Source of the DNA: Blepharisma stoltei ATCC 30299
Lineage: Eukaryota; Protista; Ciliophora
Direction of reading: 5' to 3'
Assembly: GCA_965603825.1 (NCBI GenBank)
Contig: CBFDEM010000039.1
Coordinates: 434,001 to 498,000 of the forward strand
DNA: 64,000 nt
The translations under genes and the position numbers were made by a program. Shown in pieces: positions 1 to 11,806 of the stretch. Positions within the stretch are counted from its first letter, which is position 1, and the number at the start of each line of letters is the position of its first letter. The notes under the pieces were generated by a model. That model worked only from the letters and a program-made list of their open reading frames with translations, searched no databases and had not been told where the DNA came from.

Positions 1-389
1 TTTGCTTCTAAATTGCCTTTTAGTTTATTGAAGATAACTGCATTTTCTTCAAGATCTTTAATTTTCTTCTGAAAGTTAAAATTATCTTTCGATATTTCTG
101 CGTTTGCTTTTCTAAAATCTTCATTTTCTAGGCTGACTAGATTCAGTTGATTTTCTAATAGCTTTGCTCTTTCTAAAGAATCGTTTTTTTCCTTAATCAA
201 ATTTTCTTTATCAACATTCCCTTCTCGATACTTGGATAGTTTTTTTTGTAATAGGTCTATTTGCTGCAATAGACCGTTTATTTGTAGAGACTTGCCATGC
301 GATTCCTCTTCTGCTGTTCGGTATTGGATTTTGAGATTTTGATTTTCAGTTTGCAGATAGGCAACTTTATTCATCTCACTTAGATCCAT
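1..389 (-). CDS. Coiled-coil protein, partial (3' end outside window)
   Basis: ATG at 389, MDLSEMNKVAYLQTENQNLKIQY..., E/K/Q/L-rich, reading toward the window edge. Confidence 0.75.
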   Translation of the reverse strand, partial: MDLSEMNKVAYLQTENQNLKIQYRTAEEESHGKSLQINGLLQQIDLLQKKLSKYREGNVDKENLIKEKNDSLERAKLLENQLNLVSLENEDFRKANAEISKDNFNFQKKIKDLEENAVIFNKLKGNLEA

Positions 390-587
390 TTTAATTCTAT
401 ATTGTGTGTTTATGATTTATCTCGCAACGATAATTCTCAAGTATAAATCTGAACTTACCTTAATAGAAGTTTTTTAACAAAAAATTATCATTTTTGCATT
501 TAATTTAGATAATTTATATTTTTTGAAAGATATAATTAGCTATAATTATCACATTTTTAACAAAATATATCAACAATAATTAGCATT

Positions 588-1868
588 TTATTTGTCAAGG
601 TCTTCTAAAATTGGACTTTCAGATGTAGGGATAACTGATAAATTCAAAGGCGAAATTGACCTTAATGACGGTGACGGAGGCTTCGTAGTTCCTCTTGCTT
701 TATTTACTGATCTACTCCGAATGGTATTTAAAATTCCATCTCTCTTGAACGAATCATTAAGCTCTGATTCAACTGCCAGCTTGCTTTTAGCTTTTAACAC
801 TTTTCCAATTAAAAATTTTATTTCATTTTTTAGCGATTTTTCAGTTTCCGCATATTTTTCGTGCGATAAAACTTGGATTTGTTTAAGATTTTTAATTTCC
901 ATCAAAGCTTTATCCATATCAACCTTAATTTTCTCTTTTTGCAAGATTTCATTTTCGACCTTGTTTGACAAATCTTTTATAAGATCTTCTTTTTCTTGTA
1001 TTTGTCCTTTAAGTATTCTGCAGCTTTCACAGGTGAAAAAATCTCTTTGAGAGTTTAAAACTTGGCTTTTCAGAATATTTGATTTGTTTTCTTGCTTGAA
1101 AATTCTAGCTTTAGGAGAGTTATCTTGTGAGTTCATAGATGATGAAGTCTCTGAAGTCGTCTGCACCGTAATTTCATCAGCCCTTTGCTTATTTACCATT
1201 AATTTTTCTTTACTTTTAAGCTGCTCTATTTTTTCCGCTTGATGTCTATTTTTGAATTGGAGAGATTTTAATTGAACCTTCAAGGTCTCTATTTCTTTCG
1301 CGTAATTGTTCTTTAAAGAAACAATGCTTTCCTCAGCTTGTTGAGCCTTGAGTCTTAGCTCTTCCTTTTCTTCATCGAAATTCTTTTTTAATTCGTTATA
1401 CTTAAACTCCTGCTCAAAGCTCAGTTTTTCTTGATAATTCGGACTTATTAGAGCTTTAGGTGAGCTAAGGGTTGTTAGCTTATCAGTTTCCATAGACTGG
1501 ATTTTTGCCTGTAGATCATGCCTTTCTCCCTCGAATCTGAAATTTTGGTGTTTGAGATCAAGCTTCAGCTCTTTATTTTGTAATATCAAATCATGGTTTT
1601 GTTTTTCTAAAGCTGCAATCTTATCATTATACCTCTTTTTCATGCTTTCTATATCTCTTTCATGCTGCTCATTCACTTTTTTTAATTCTTCCAATGCGAG
1701 ATCCTATATGATTTTTACCTGAAACGGGTTAAACTGCTGGACTGCTAAAATCAAAGATTCATTCATCTTTTTTAAACTTGTTTCGCGTTTTTTCAGCTCA
1801 TCGATTTCTATCTTCAGAAATTCAGCCTTTTGATCAATTAGCGCCTCATGGATTCCTTTAGCTGACAT
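588..1868 (-). CDS. Coiled-coil hypothetical protein (2 exons)
   Basis: ATG 1868 (MSAKGIHEAL) joins ORF 588..1694 in frame after removing a 15-nt intron at 1704-1718. Confidence 0.85.
1704..1718 (-). other. 15-nt spliceosomal intron GTAAAAATCATATAG
   Basis: GT-AG, A at position 10, removal eliminates an in-frame TAG. Confidence 0.88.
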
Positions 1869-1937
1869 TTATGTTACTTTAAAATGGAAAATTATTTATA
1901 TAGGAATTTAACTATTTTTTATAAAAAATCAAATAAT

Positions 1938-3443
1938 TTATCTTTTGGTCTTCTTTTTGCCACGTCCCAGCTGACTCATCATTTCTGACATGTCCATTTT
2001 GCTCATTTCTTTCATCATTTGCATCATGTTTTGTGTCCCTCCAAGCTGTTTCATCATTTTTGGGTCAATTGCAGACTGGACTTTTCTCATCATTTGTTGA
2101 GGGTTTCTCATGAAGTTTTGCATGTCGTTGGCCTTGCCTAAGCTCATTTTCCCCATTTTGCCCACCATTTTTGCAAATCTTTTATGTTCTTCAAGCAGAA
2201 GTGTGACTTCTCTGACCGAGGTTCCAGATCCTCTTGCAACCCTTGTGATTCTTGAAGGAACCATTGAGGATTTGCCATCAAGCTCATCGTCAGTCATAGA
2301 GTCCATCATGCACATAAATCTTTTGATTCTTGCAATTCCTTCTTTTTCGTTGCCTTTTTCTAATAGTCCAGAATTCATGCCTGGGATCATTGACATGAGC
2401 TGGCTGATTGAACCCATTTTAAGGACTGTTTGGAATTGCTCGTACATGTCTCGCAAACTGAATTTTCCTTGACTAATTTTATTCATTAATTCTGGCTGCT
2501 TTTCTTTAGGGATTGCTTCTTGAACGACACTAAAAAGCCTGTCAATATCTCCAAGTCCAAGAAGTCTTCTAATAAAGCTTTTTGCTTCAAACTGCTCGAA
2601 ATCATCAAATTGCTCTCCTGTACCGATAAAAATAATAGGGGATTCGGTAGCTGCAACAGCACTTAAAGCTCCTCCACCTTTGGCATGGCCGTCAAGTTTT
2701 GTGACAATGACACTTCCGACTTTGACTGATTTTTTGAAAGCTAATGCTTGGTCATAACAACTTTGCCCAATACTTGAATCCATAACAAAAATAACTTCAT
2801 CAGGATTAATTGCAGCTTCTACTTGCTCCATTTCTTCGAATAATGCAGCTTCCTGTCTATGACGACCAGAGGTATCGACAATAATCAGATCGTAATTCTG
2901 TGACCTGAAATATTCAACACCTTCTTGAGCGATTTTTACAGGGTCAGTTTCTGTGTATGAGCCATAGAACGGGACTTTAATTCTTGTTGCATTTTGTTTT
3001 AACTGATCAAAAGCACCTGCTCTGAAAGTATCAGCACATACAAGTCCAACTCGCCAGCCTTTTCTGAGGTAGTTATAAGCGTATTTGGCACAAGTTGTGG
3101 TTTTACCTGAACCCTGGAGACCGACAAACATAACTACATTGATTTTTCCTTTTTTCATCTGATAAGGCTTCTTTTCTGACTCCAACATACTTTGAAGCTC
3201 GCCCACAACTGCACGCTGGATTAGTTTTCGCTTATTTGTGCCCGCTGCGTCTGATTCTACATTAACTTGTAGCAAAACCTGATCTCTAAGCCTTTTAACA
3301 TAATTGACATTGACATCGGACTGAAGTAGAGCTTTAGTTACTTCTCCCAAACATTCTTTTAAGACTTCTTCGTCTATAATAGTAGCATTTTGAAGTTTTC
3401 TCAGAGCATTTGAAATTCGAGTGCCTAATTCACCAAGAACCAT
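1938..3443 (-). CDS. SRP54: Signal recognition particle 54 kDa subunit
   Basis: MVLGELG N-terminus, GLQGSGKTTT, DTSGR, TKLDG, Met-rich M domain. Confidence 0.98.
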   Translation of the reverse strand: MVLGELGTRISNALRKLQNATIIDEEVLKECLGEVTKALLQSDVNVNYVKRLRDQVLLQVNVESDAAGTNKRKLIQRAVVGELQSMLESEKKPYQMKKGKINVVMFVGLQGSGKTTTCAKYAYNYLRKGWRVGLVCADTFRAGAFDQLKQNATRIKVPFYGSYTETDPVKIAQEGVEYFRSQNYDLIIVDTSGRHRQEAALFEEMEQVEAAINPDEVIFVMDSSIGQSCYDQALAFKKSVKVGSVIVTKLDGHAKGGGALSAVAATESPIIFIGTGEQFDDFEQFEAKSFIRRLLGLGDIDRLFSVVQEAIPKEKQPELMNKISQGKFSLRDMYEQFQTVLKMGSISQLMSMIPGMNSGLLEKGNEKEGIARIKRFMCMMDSMTDDELDGKSSMVPSRITRVARGSGTSVREVTLLLEEHKRFAKMVGKMGKMSLGKANDMQNFMRNPQQMMRKVQSAIDPKMMKQLGGTQNMMQMMKEMSKMDMSEMMSQLGRGKKKTKR

Positions 3444-3530
3444 TTTATATTACAAATAACTTGACTTCAATTTCACCATCTTTGTAAAATTTTGCCACGT
3501 TGCACTTTATAGTGCTGATCAAGTTTATTT

Positions 3531-3821
3531 TTATAATTTTAATCCTTTCTTACTTAAAAAAATCCTTGCATCTTCTAATTCTTTATGGAGACTTGCTGCT
3601 TCTTCTGGGCAGTCTCTTAAGGCAAATAAATCATACCCGATGCTTATCAAGGCTTTACAGCCAAATGCGATTAAGCACCAATATGGAAAAGCAGAGACTG
3701 TGAAATGAAAATTGCTTCCTATTTCGAGATTCATGCAATACCACCAAAGCGCTGTTACTAAGATAAAGTTAAAAATTAGTTTGGTCCCTCTTGAGCACTT
3801 GATTCCTAAAAGATTTAGCAT
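3531..3821 (-). CDS. DPM3: Dolichol-phosphate mannosyltransferase subunit 3
   Basis: 96 aa from ATG 3821; two TM segments then DCPEEAASLHKELEDARIFLSKKG, typical of DPM3. Confidence 0.85.
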   Translation of the reverse strand: MLNLLGIKCSRGTKLIFNFILVTALWWYCMNLEIGSNFHFTVSAFPYWCLIAFGCKALISIGYDLFALRDCPEEAASLHKELEDARIFLSKKGLKL

Positions 3822-4025
3822 TTTTATAAAAGCCCATTTACCTTGAAAAATGTACAGGTTTAAAATGTTGAAGTAAAAAATTTTTTGGAATAAATGGCCT
3901 TTGGTCACTCAATTTTGTGATTATCAATTCATCCTTAACACAAAAAATATATTGTTAAAATATTTCCCATATAGAAATTAAATGAAATAGATTTTCTGGA
4001 TTTCATGATTAGCCATAAAAAATTA

Positions 4026-4703
4026 ATGGGAAATTGTTTCAATTACAAGGGTAACACAGTCGAAGCGGTTCCGCTTGGTTCTCATTTAGAGACAAGTTTA
4101 AGTAATATCTATGAGGCTCATCAGAAAGAGATGGTCAAAGAAATTAAGGACGTTTATGAGCAAGTTTTAAAAGGAGATGCTGGCTCAATTAAACTGATAA
4201 AAATTCAATGGGAACAATTGGACGAAACAGGAAGTAAGTTGCTGAGCTTTGTTCTTCCAGAACTTCCATCTTTGAGAGAGCTGAATTTAAAAGATAATAA
4301 TCTCCAAGAAAAAGGTGCTAACCAGTTAAGTAAAGAGCTGATAAGGGCTACTGGTCTTAAAAAACTTGCTGTTACTGAAAATCACTTAGGTGATGGAGGC
4401 TTATACTATATTTCTGCAACATTCAAATATTTGAATAGTGTCGAAGAGCTAAATCTTGAAAACAACGATATAACTGATGCTGGGGCACAAGAATTAGCAA
4501 AAAATATGAATGGGCTAGGAAATTTAAGAGTTTTAACTATCCATAAAAATCAAATCAAAAGCAAAGGACTTCTTGCCCTTGCTCAAGCACTCAATGCGAT
4601 CCCAAGTTTCCAAGAGTTTACCTTTGATATGAAAGATGTGCCTGATAAGGATATTGAGATGATTCAAAGTTTGGTCCCTAAAATTATATTGAGTGGTCGT
4701 TAA
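4026..4703 (+). CDS. RNI-like leucine-rich repeat protein, probably N-acylated
   Basis: LxxLxLxxNxI/L repeats (LRELNLKDNNL, VEELNLENNDI); MGNCF start at 4026 (ATG 4005 also in frame). Confidence 0.85.
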   Translation: MGNCFNYKGNTVEAVPLGSHLETSLSNIYEAHQKEMVKEIKDVYEQVLKGDAGSIKLIKIQWEQLDETGSKLLSFVLPELPSLRELNLKDNNLQEKGANQLSKELIRATGLKKLAVTENHLGDGGLYYISATFKYLNSVEELNLENNDITDAGAQELAKNMNGLGNLRVLTIHKNQIKSKGLLALAQALNAIPSFQEFTFDMKDVPDKDIEMIQSLVPKIILSGR

Positions 4704-4833
4704 TTATAAATACGAAATTATCCTTATTTAGCTATTGTAATTAATAATAAAAAATTTTAAAATCAAATTTATTAATGGCGCACTACTAAAACACTAAACA
4801 AAAAAACCATCATCATTAAATTAAAATTACCAC

Positions 4834-6399
4834 TTAACACTCCACAGATATTCCTTTCAATAAATCTTCATCAAAACTTTCAGCAGTCATCTTTTGGAGC
4901 CGATAAAACTCATTACTCATAACTTCTTCTTCACACAAGTGCTTTCTAAAGCTCGACAATTTCCCTTTTACTTCCCGGATTAATTTTTCTTTCGCATCCA
5001 GCATCTTTTCCAATTCATCCACATAAGCATTGACATTGCTCCCAGGCCTATCAATATCGCTTAGCAGCGCCATTTCATCTTTAATGATATCAACAATCCC
5101 ATCAATCATTTTTCTGTGTTTCCCTATCAGTTCGTCTTCTTCAGTCAAAATGACTTTAATCAAGTCTTCATGCTCTATAGTGATTTTGCTGATATCTATA
5201 CTTTTTTTGTGTAGGTCTCGAGGAGTTTTTGATTTAAAATTTTTGGTCTGATGGGGAGTCCTGGTTTTTGGTGTAATCGCGCGTTTAGGTTTTTCTAATG
5301 ATAAATCAAGCTGGGGGTCATTGTTTTCACAGTTGTAGCGGATTGTGTTTGAGTCCTGGCGAGGAAGCATAAGAGGATTAGGAACACTGTGAGGCGGACT
5401 AGTTCCATCAGATTTTTTAAGCTCTTTAACTCTGTCACTATATCTTAAAGTATTTAAGGTATGCTCACAGCTTGAAAGACAAGGCGAAACATTTGCGATC
5501 ATTACAGTTCTGCAGTTTCCTACAAATGAATCTTTAAGAACTTGTGTTAGCTTGCTTCCTCTGAATGGAGTATGCTTTTTATCCTGATCTAAAGCTCTGA
5601 TACATTCTTTTAGAGCTAGCAATGATTTATTGATTTCTGCGCTGTCCATACGAGTTTTATAGTCTGATTGGCTAACGTCGGCCCCTCTTTCACTTCCTGC
5701 TAAATCAATAAAGCTCATCTTCCCCTTAGCCATTTTCTGCTCCATAAAGCTGATTTCTAAAACTGCATGAGATCTTGAGGAATCATCATTCGCGCCTGTC
5801 TGCCCAGTAGTTCTCGCATGTATACCTTGATTAATGATTTCCATAAGTGTATTGACATTATTTACAGCTTTTCTTTGAAGTCCTACAATATTGACGTTCT
5901 GTTTAGCGTCTTCTCTAGCATGCAAAATATTTCTATCGTTAAGTAAATCATGTAATTTACCACAATATATTTCATAAAATGAAGCATAAAGGGCAACTCT
6001 AGGATAATAGGTGTTTTTCAAATAGAAAACATCTTGGGCTGCTAAGAGATAGAGCCCAGGGATTTCTCCTTCTCCCATCATTGTGTAGGTTTTCCCACTT
6101 CCTGTTTGTCCGTAGGCAAAGCAAGTCACTTTTGCGCCTTGGAATGCAGCTTGGACCAGTGGCTGGATGCAGGAGCTATATAAGCCTTGATTTGTGGTAT
6201 CTTCATTAAACACACCATCAAAAGTAAATGAGTGTTCTTCAATATATTTAGAAAGATCAACTTTGCTTTTTTGTTCTCTCACTACAATAGTGTTGGAAGA
6301 TTTTAGAGATAGGATATCAGGGTCATTTCTCTTTGTTTCCTTGGAATTCAGTGGACGTTTTCTAACAATAACTCTTATTCGTTGATCTTTGTCGGCCAT
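4834..6399 (-). CDS. Kinesin-13 (microtubule depolymerase)
   Basis: KVDL loop-2, GQTGSGKT, SSRSH, DLAGSER, KECIRAL; C-terminal coiled coil. Confidence 0.96.
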   Translation of the reverse strand: MADKDQRIRVIVRKRPLNSKETKRNDPDILSLKSSNTIVVREQKSKVDLSKYIEEHSFTFDGVFNEDTTNQGLYSSCIQPLVQAAFQGAKVTCFAYGQTGSGKTYTMMGEGEIPGLYLLAAQDVFYLKNTYYPRVALYASFYEIYCGKLHDLLNDRNILHAREDAKQNVNIVGLQRKAVNNVNTLMEIINQGIHARTTGQTGANDDSSRSHAVLEISFMEQKMAKGKMSFIDLAGSERGADVSQSDYKTRMDSAEINKSLLALKECIRALDQDKKHTPFRGSKLTQVLKDSFVGNCRTVMIANVSPCLSSCEHTLNTLRYSDRVKELKKSDGTSPPHSVPNPLMLPRQDSNTIRYNCENNDPQLDLSLEKPKRAITPKTRTPHQTKNFKSKTPRDLHKKSIDISKITIEHEDLIKVILTEEDELIGKHRKMIDGIVDIIKDEMALLSDIDRPGSNVNAYVDELEKMLDAKEKLIREVKGKLSSFRKHLCEEEVMSNEFYRLQKMTAESFDEDLLKGISVEC

Positions 6400-6817
6400 T
6401 TTTTAGAATTATTCAAAATTTTAACTGACAGATTTATATTAATAAATGTGTTAGATAAAGTGGAATTAGAAGGTAAGAAGTATGTGCTTGGTAATTTATA
6501 TTTGATGCGTTTGATATGAGCTGCAGACTAGAATTTTTTTTATTGGTTTAAGCATGGAGGTTTCAACCAACTTAGAGTATTATAACGTTTATTTGGAATT
6601 GGCCTTACTATTTTATTTCGAATATAATGCTTCAAATAATTTAATGCATAAGAATTATTCGTCAATAAAAAAGTAAACATCTAGAAATATCCAGAAGAAT
6701 ATAAATAATTTTATCACAAACTAACAAGTTCTTATGTAATCTGCTTACACAGATAATAGCCTTCATATATGTGTGGGCTAAAAACTCATAAAAAATTCTA
6801 AATTAATCAAATATAAT

Positions 6818-7894
6818 ATGGATACTCAAGAATTTGCCACCGAAGATGTTAGAAGTGTAGTCGATAAAATAAGACGAATAATGCTTGAAGATGGAGCTTC
6901 AGAAACAACAGCAGAATCTCCCTTATCACACAGAAAAGAGTCCCCAATCCTCAAATCTAAAAATCAGCCCAAAAAACCAAAACCTACCGTCTCAAAGGAA
7001 AAAACTCAACCTCAGTCAGGAGCAATGTCTAAAACTGCCTTTGAAAAAACAACACTGGCAAGAATGCATGCTTATCAGAAGCGCCACGAAGAATCTTTAA
7101 AAAAAGCTAAAGAGTCTCGAGAAAAAGAAAAAGTCGGTAATTTCCCATATGCTCCCACCATCAACAATAATTCAAAAAAAATAATAGGCAAATCTACACC
7201 AATTTATTCGCGTGTACAAGAGGTGCTTGAAGATAAAAATAAACGTATAGAAGAACTAATACAGCAGACAAATACTAAAAAATTGGCTGAAGAAAATAAG
7301 GAACTTACTTTTAAGCCAAAAACATGTGAAAGCCCTGGGAAAAAAAGAACTACAGAAGAGTATTATAATTATATGAATAAATGAAAAGAAATTAAAACGG
7401 AAGTGCAGAATAGAGAAAGGGAAGCTAAAGCTAAAGAAGAATTGGAAGACTCAACGTTTCAGCCAAAAGTGAATGAAAAATCACATGAATTAACAAGAAA
7501 CATGATACCTTTTGAGCAGAGGATGGAAAAGGAAATAGAAAAAAGAAAAAAGCTACAAGAGGAACGAAGTAAAATTCAACTGTATAGCTTTACGCCTGAT
7601 ATACCTAAAAGCACAAGAGCGCAAAAGCTTGGTGAATCAGTATTTGAAAGGCTATATACAAAGAATATAACACAAAGCAAATCCCCTAAAACTAAAAAAG
7701 TAAGCTCAAAATCATTGAATGAGAAAGAACTTAAAAAAATCCTGAAATCCTCAAAGCAAGAATCAAAACAAGATGAATCTCAAAGGACTGAGAAATCTGA
7801 ATTCAGAGTAAAAATAGTATCAGAAGATGAAGAGCCAGTTGAACAAAAAGAAAATTTCGATGTCTTGAAAGATTTAACAGAGAGTTTATTTTAG
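6818..7894 (+). CDS. Hypothetical protein with TF(K/Q)PK repeats (putative microtubule-associated)
   Basis: ORFs 6818..7384 and 7403..7894 join in frame through TGA 7382-7384; YAPTIN/TFKPK/TFQPK/SFTP motifs. Confidence 0.8.
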
Positions 7895-8060
7895 GGTATT
7901 TTATAATAATTGGAAGTTATTAAATTATAAAGAAATATTTAAATTATAGTCATAAGAATTAGCTAGTTACTGAGATCATAAGCTATTATTTAATCATATT
8001 TTATATCTAAAGCCATCAGCTAGCCATTATATTATAGACTTTATTTTCTCTAAAAGAATA

Positions 8061-11000
8061 TTAAAGGTTTAATAACTTCTCTACTTCCTCCATCAATTCT
8101 CTATTTTCATTTTGAATCTTTTTATTCAGCTCATTTATCCTATAATTCATTTTATCTCCAGCCAATTGAATGCTCTCTTGTATCTGCTTAGCAACCTCCT
8201 CCTGCTTAGTTTCTACTATTTCTGCCTGTACACTCAGCCCATTAATTCTTTGCGTCATAGCAGCAGTTTTTTCTAAGACAATTTCTTCAAGAGTTTCCTC
8301 TTTATCTTCTAGCACCTCAGTCACCGAGCACTGCTGGAAAAATTCTTTTTTCCCATTTTCTCTTCTCCACACCATAATTGATTCAAATTCTAATATAAAC
8401 CCTGCCATTTCTTTAAAATCAGCCACCATTGCCTCTTCTTGTACTTTGGCATAGGTATTATTCATAAGGGCAATTAAAAGGTTCATCATAATAAGTGGAT
8501 TAATGACAGTGGACATAACAAAAATGACCCAGTCTTTCCACGTATAATCATCAGTTGTAAAATCTCCATAGTCTATAAGGTAGGAATGTCTCCAAGATTT
8601 ATCGAATGGGGTTTCTGATATTGAGTAATTATTCACAGAGTAGAAAAGCAAGGCAAATGTTAAGATTGAATAGAAGAGGACAGCTAAGAAAGGCATAATA
8701 GCAGAAATAATGTCCTGGATAATTCTGATTAGATAACGAGTTTCTTTGAAAACACGGAAATAGGCAATGGCACGAGTCCAGGTGAAAAAGGTTATCACAG
8801 CGATGAAGAGGATATTTTTGTATTCATCGATTCCAAATAGAGTCCATACGTAGTATACGTTGAATGCCATGATTCTGAACAAATCGGCCCAGTTCCAAAA
8901 CTCTTTGAAATAATCGATGCAGCCAACTGTCATTTGCATGATTTCATATACTAAGAATAAAAAGTTAAGAAACAGCAGAGGATGCAAAGCGTATTCAGCA
9001 TTTCCATAACTTGTATAAAAGCTCAGAAATATTATAAAAATCGCATAAAGAGATCCTTGAGCTGCAAGCAAAAGTTGTACCTTTGACCATTTGTAATATA
9101 AAATTGATTGGATGAATTGAGTCTTGAAAATCTCTCCTTCTGTGCAGTCAAGTAAAGATACTAAGAAATCGATACTTTCCTGAGATCCTAATGTGTAATT
9201 AAGTCTAAAGTTGCTAACTTTGAAATTCAGCAATACATCTTTTTCAGATCTAATTTCCTCTCTGCTTTGGGCTGCTATATATAGTGTTGGATCTATAATT
9301 CTGCTTATTGAAGTATTAAAATTGACTGGAGTTTTCAATGGAATTGCAAACTTCGGTAATTTTTCTGAAGGCTCTTTAAATGACTGCTTATAAAAATGAA
9401 CCAAGGACTCAGTTGCACATTTATTAAGCCTAATAAGATCGCTTTCAGTCCTTATTAGGATATTAGGATCATCCATAGCTGCAATTTTTTTAGTAATTCT
9501 TTTGATGCAGTCCTTATTTTTAGTATCAAGAGATAATGTAAGTGGACTTTTTCCATTGGCATTTCTAATAAAACTACATCCACGGTCTATAGCAGCTTCA
9601 AGCAAATCCAATTGATTTTTATGAGTAAATATGTGGAGTAAATTAATACAATGAGGCATAATTATACAATGGTTCATTATTTCTGGGTAGCTTTCATTGA
9701 TTTTAAGGTTGAAAATCTGTTTAAGCAGCTCCCAGAATTTGAAACTATACTCAAAAGGTGCAAGAACTAAGACAGCTGAAGTTTCACAGGTTGGGTTGAT
9801 AATTTCATACACTTTTGAATTGTCAGCTACTATCAAGGTGCTATTATCACTGGTTATTGTGAATGCTGTGATATCATTTATAGGAATATTCCCTAGGTAT
9901 ATTTGGTCATTAAGTGACCAGATCTGAATTCCTCTATTTGAGGCAGTAAACAAGTATTTATCATCATTTGAGCTTACACATAATTCTTTAATATTTTCCA
10001 TCGGCAATGCAAAGTTTGGCAGTGACATTACTGAGATACAAAGATGACTTGCAAAGCTCCAGATCCTCACTTCAAAGTCATATCCAACTGTAAAAAACTC
10101 ATTCCCAAGCTTCGACACTCCAATACAGGCTACTTTTTCATGTGGAGCTTCAATGATTCTAATAGGTGAGTCGCTTTCCATATTAACTCTTCATATTTGT
10201 ATATCATTATCTGCCAGCACCACAATATGTTCTCCATCTGAGCTGATATAAGCGTCTCTCAGCCTTTCACAGCTAACACAAATAGTTCTTAAGCAGCAGA
10301 AGTTTCCTGTGTCCCAAAGCCTGACAGTTTTGTCTCCACTCGTTGTAATGAAAATATCAGAGTTCCCAGAGACTGATCTGATTTCGTCTCGATGTGCAGT
10401 AAGAATTATATCTTTTCTTGTACCGTCTAAAGTTTTTATGCATACAGTTGAATCTTGAATGCCGCTTACAAGCATAGCGTTGTCTTCTGAAAAAAAAGTT
10501 TCTGATACTGCTTTGTCGAATTGGTAATTTGTTGACTTGTTAAGTTCTCTATCAATTAATTTAAGTTTTCTATTGTTAAAAGTAGCTGCAATATACCTTG
10601 AGTCTTGAGAAATTGACAGAGAAGTGATGCCTTTTTCAACAGAGTCTATAAACTTCGCTTTATAGTCTTCACAAAGATTAAAAGAGTATATATGATTATT
10701 TTCAGTTGACGCAAAGAACTTTGAATTGTCCCTAGAAATGCACATACTCTTGACTTTTTCATTTTTTAATGGGAACTTTAAGTCTTCTTCTTTTGTTTCT
10801 AATGAAAAAACTCTAATAGAAGAATCATACGCAAAAAGGTACTTGGAGTCATAAGTTACAGCCACAGCAGAAAATGACTTAAATTTGCTATTAACTCTTC
10901 CGTTCATGAAATCTGTTGTTTTTAGGTATTTTCATACACAGACTTGGTTAGATCCACCTCCAGAGATGATGAAATTGTCGCTGGTTACTGAAAGACAGGA

Positions 11001-11618
11001 GTGTTTTCCTGTGACGCGCTGCTCTTCAATAGCTTCGAGGTTAGAACTTCATATGCGCACCTTTCGATCACCTCCTGAAGAAGCTATAAGCAGCCCATCA
11101 GGGAAAATGACGACTTTATTGATTTCAGTTTGGAGATGGGCAAAGATGGAGTTTTCTTCTTGCTGTGTTTTTAAGTTTCACTTAGCCAAGGTCCCATCTC
11201 GATGGCCTGTGACTGCTCATAGTCCATCTTGGCTGACACTTACACTTCTTATATCATATTCATCTCCAATCTTCCCTATAAGTGTAAAATCTTTGACATT
11301 CCAGATAGCAAGGCCCACGGATCCAGCAATCACTAAGATATCGTTTTCTTCAGAAAATGAGTGCAGCACTCCATCATAGGTCAATTCGTTTACTTTTTCT
11401 TTCGACGTGATATCAAAAACAGTAATAAATTGCTTGTTTACGTTTACAAATAAATATTGATTCTTGCTGGAAACCAATATTTCGCCAGGGTTTTCGATGT
11501 CAGTAAAAAGAACTTTGCGATCCTCACAAAAAGCTTGATATGCGTCGACCTGGGCGTTGAATTCGTAAACTGTGCTCTCAGTCATAGTCAATTGGGTTTT
11601 AATAGCTATCCCTTCCAT
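8061..11618 (-). CDS. WD40-repeat + ankyrin-like + 6-TM TRP-like ion channel (~1185 aa)
   Basis: One frame through TGAs at 11217, 11178, 11049, 10932, 10191; WD40 motifs (GDKTVRLWD); S6-like INPLIMMNLLIALMNNTY; pore-like YGDF. Confidence 0.88.
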
Positions 11619-11806
11619 TTTATAATCCAATAAGAAGCTATATCTTTTTATCAAATTATTTTTACTTGTAGAAGACTCTATTTAATGCAAAATCACAAAA
11701 ATGCTTTAAATTTATCTTCATCAGCTTTAATAATAATGCTGGATAATATGGTGCGATATCCAGAAAGGATTTTAAAGCAGATAATTTAAAGCATATTTAA
11801 TAATCT

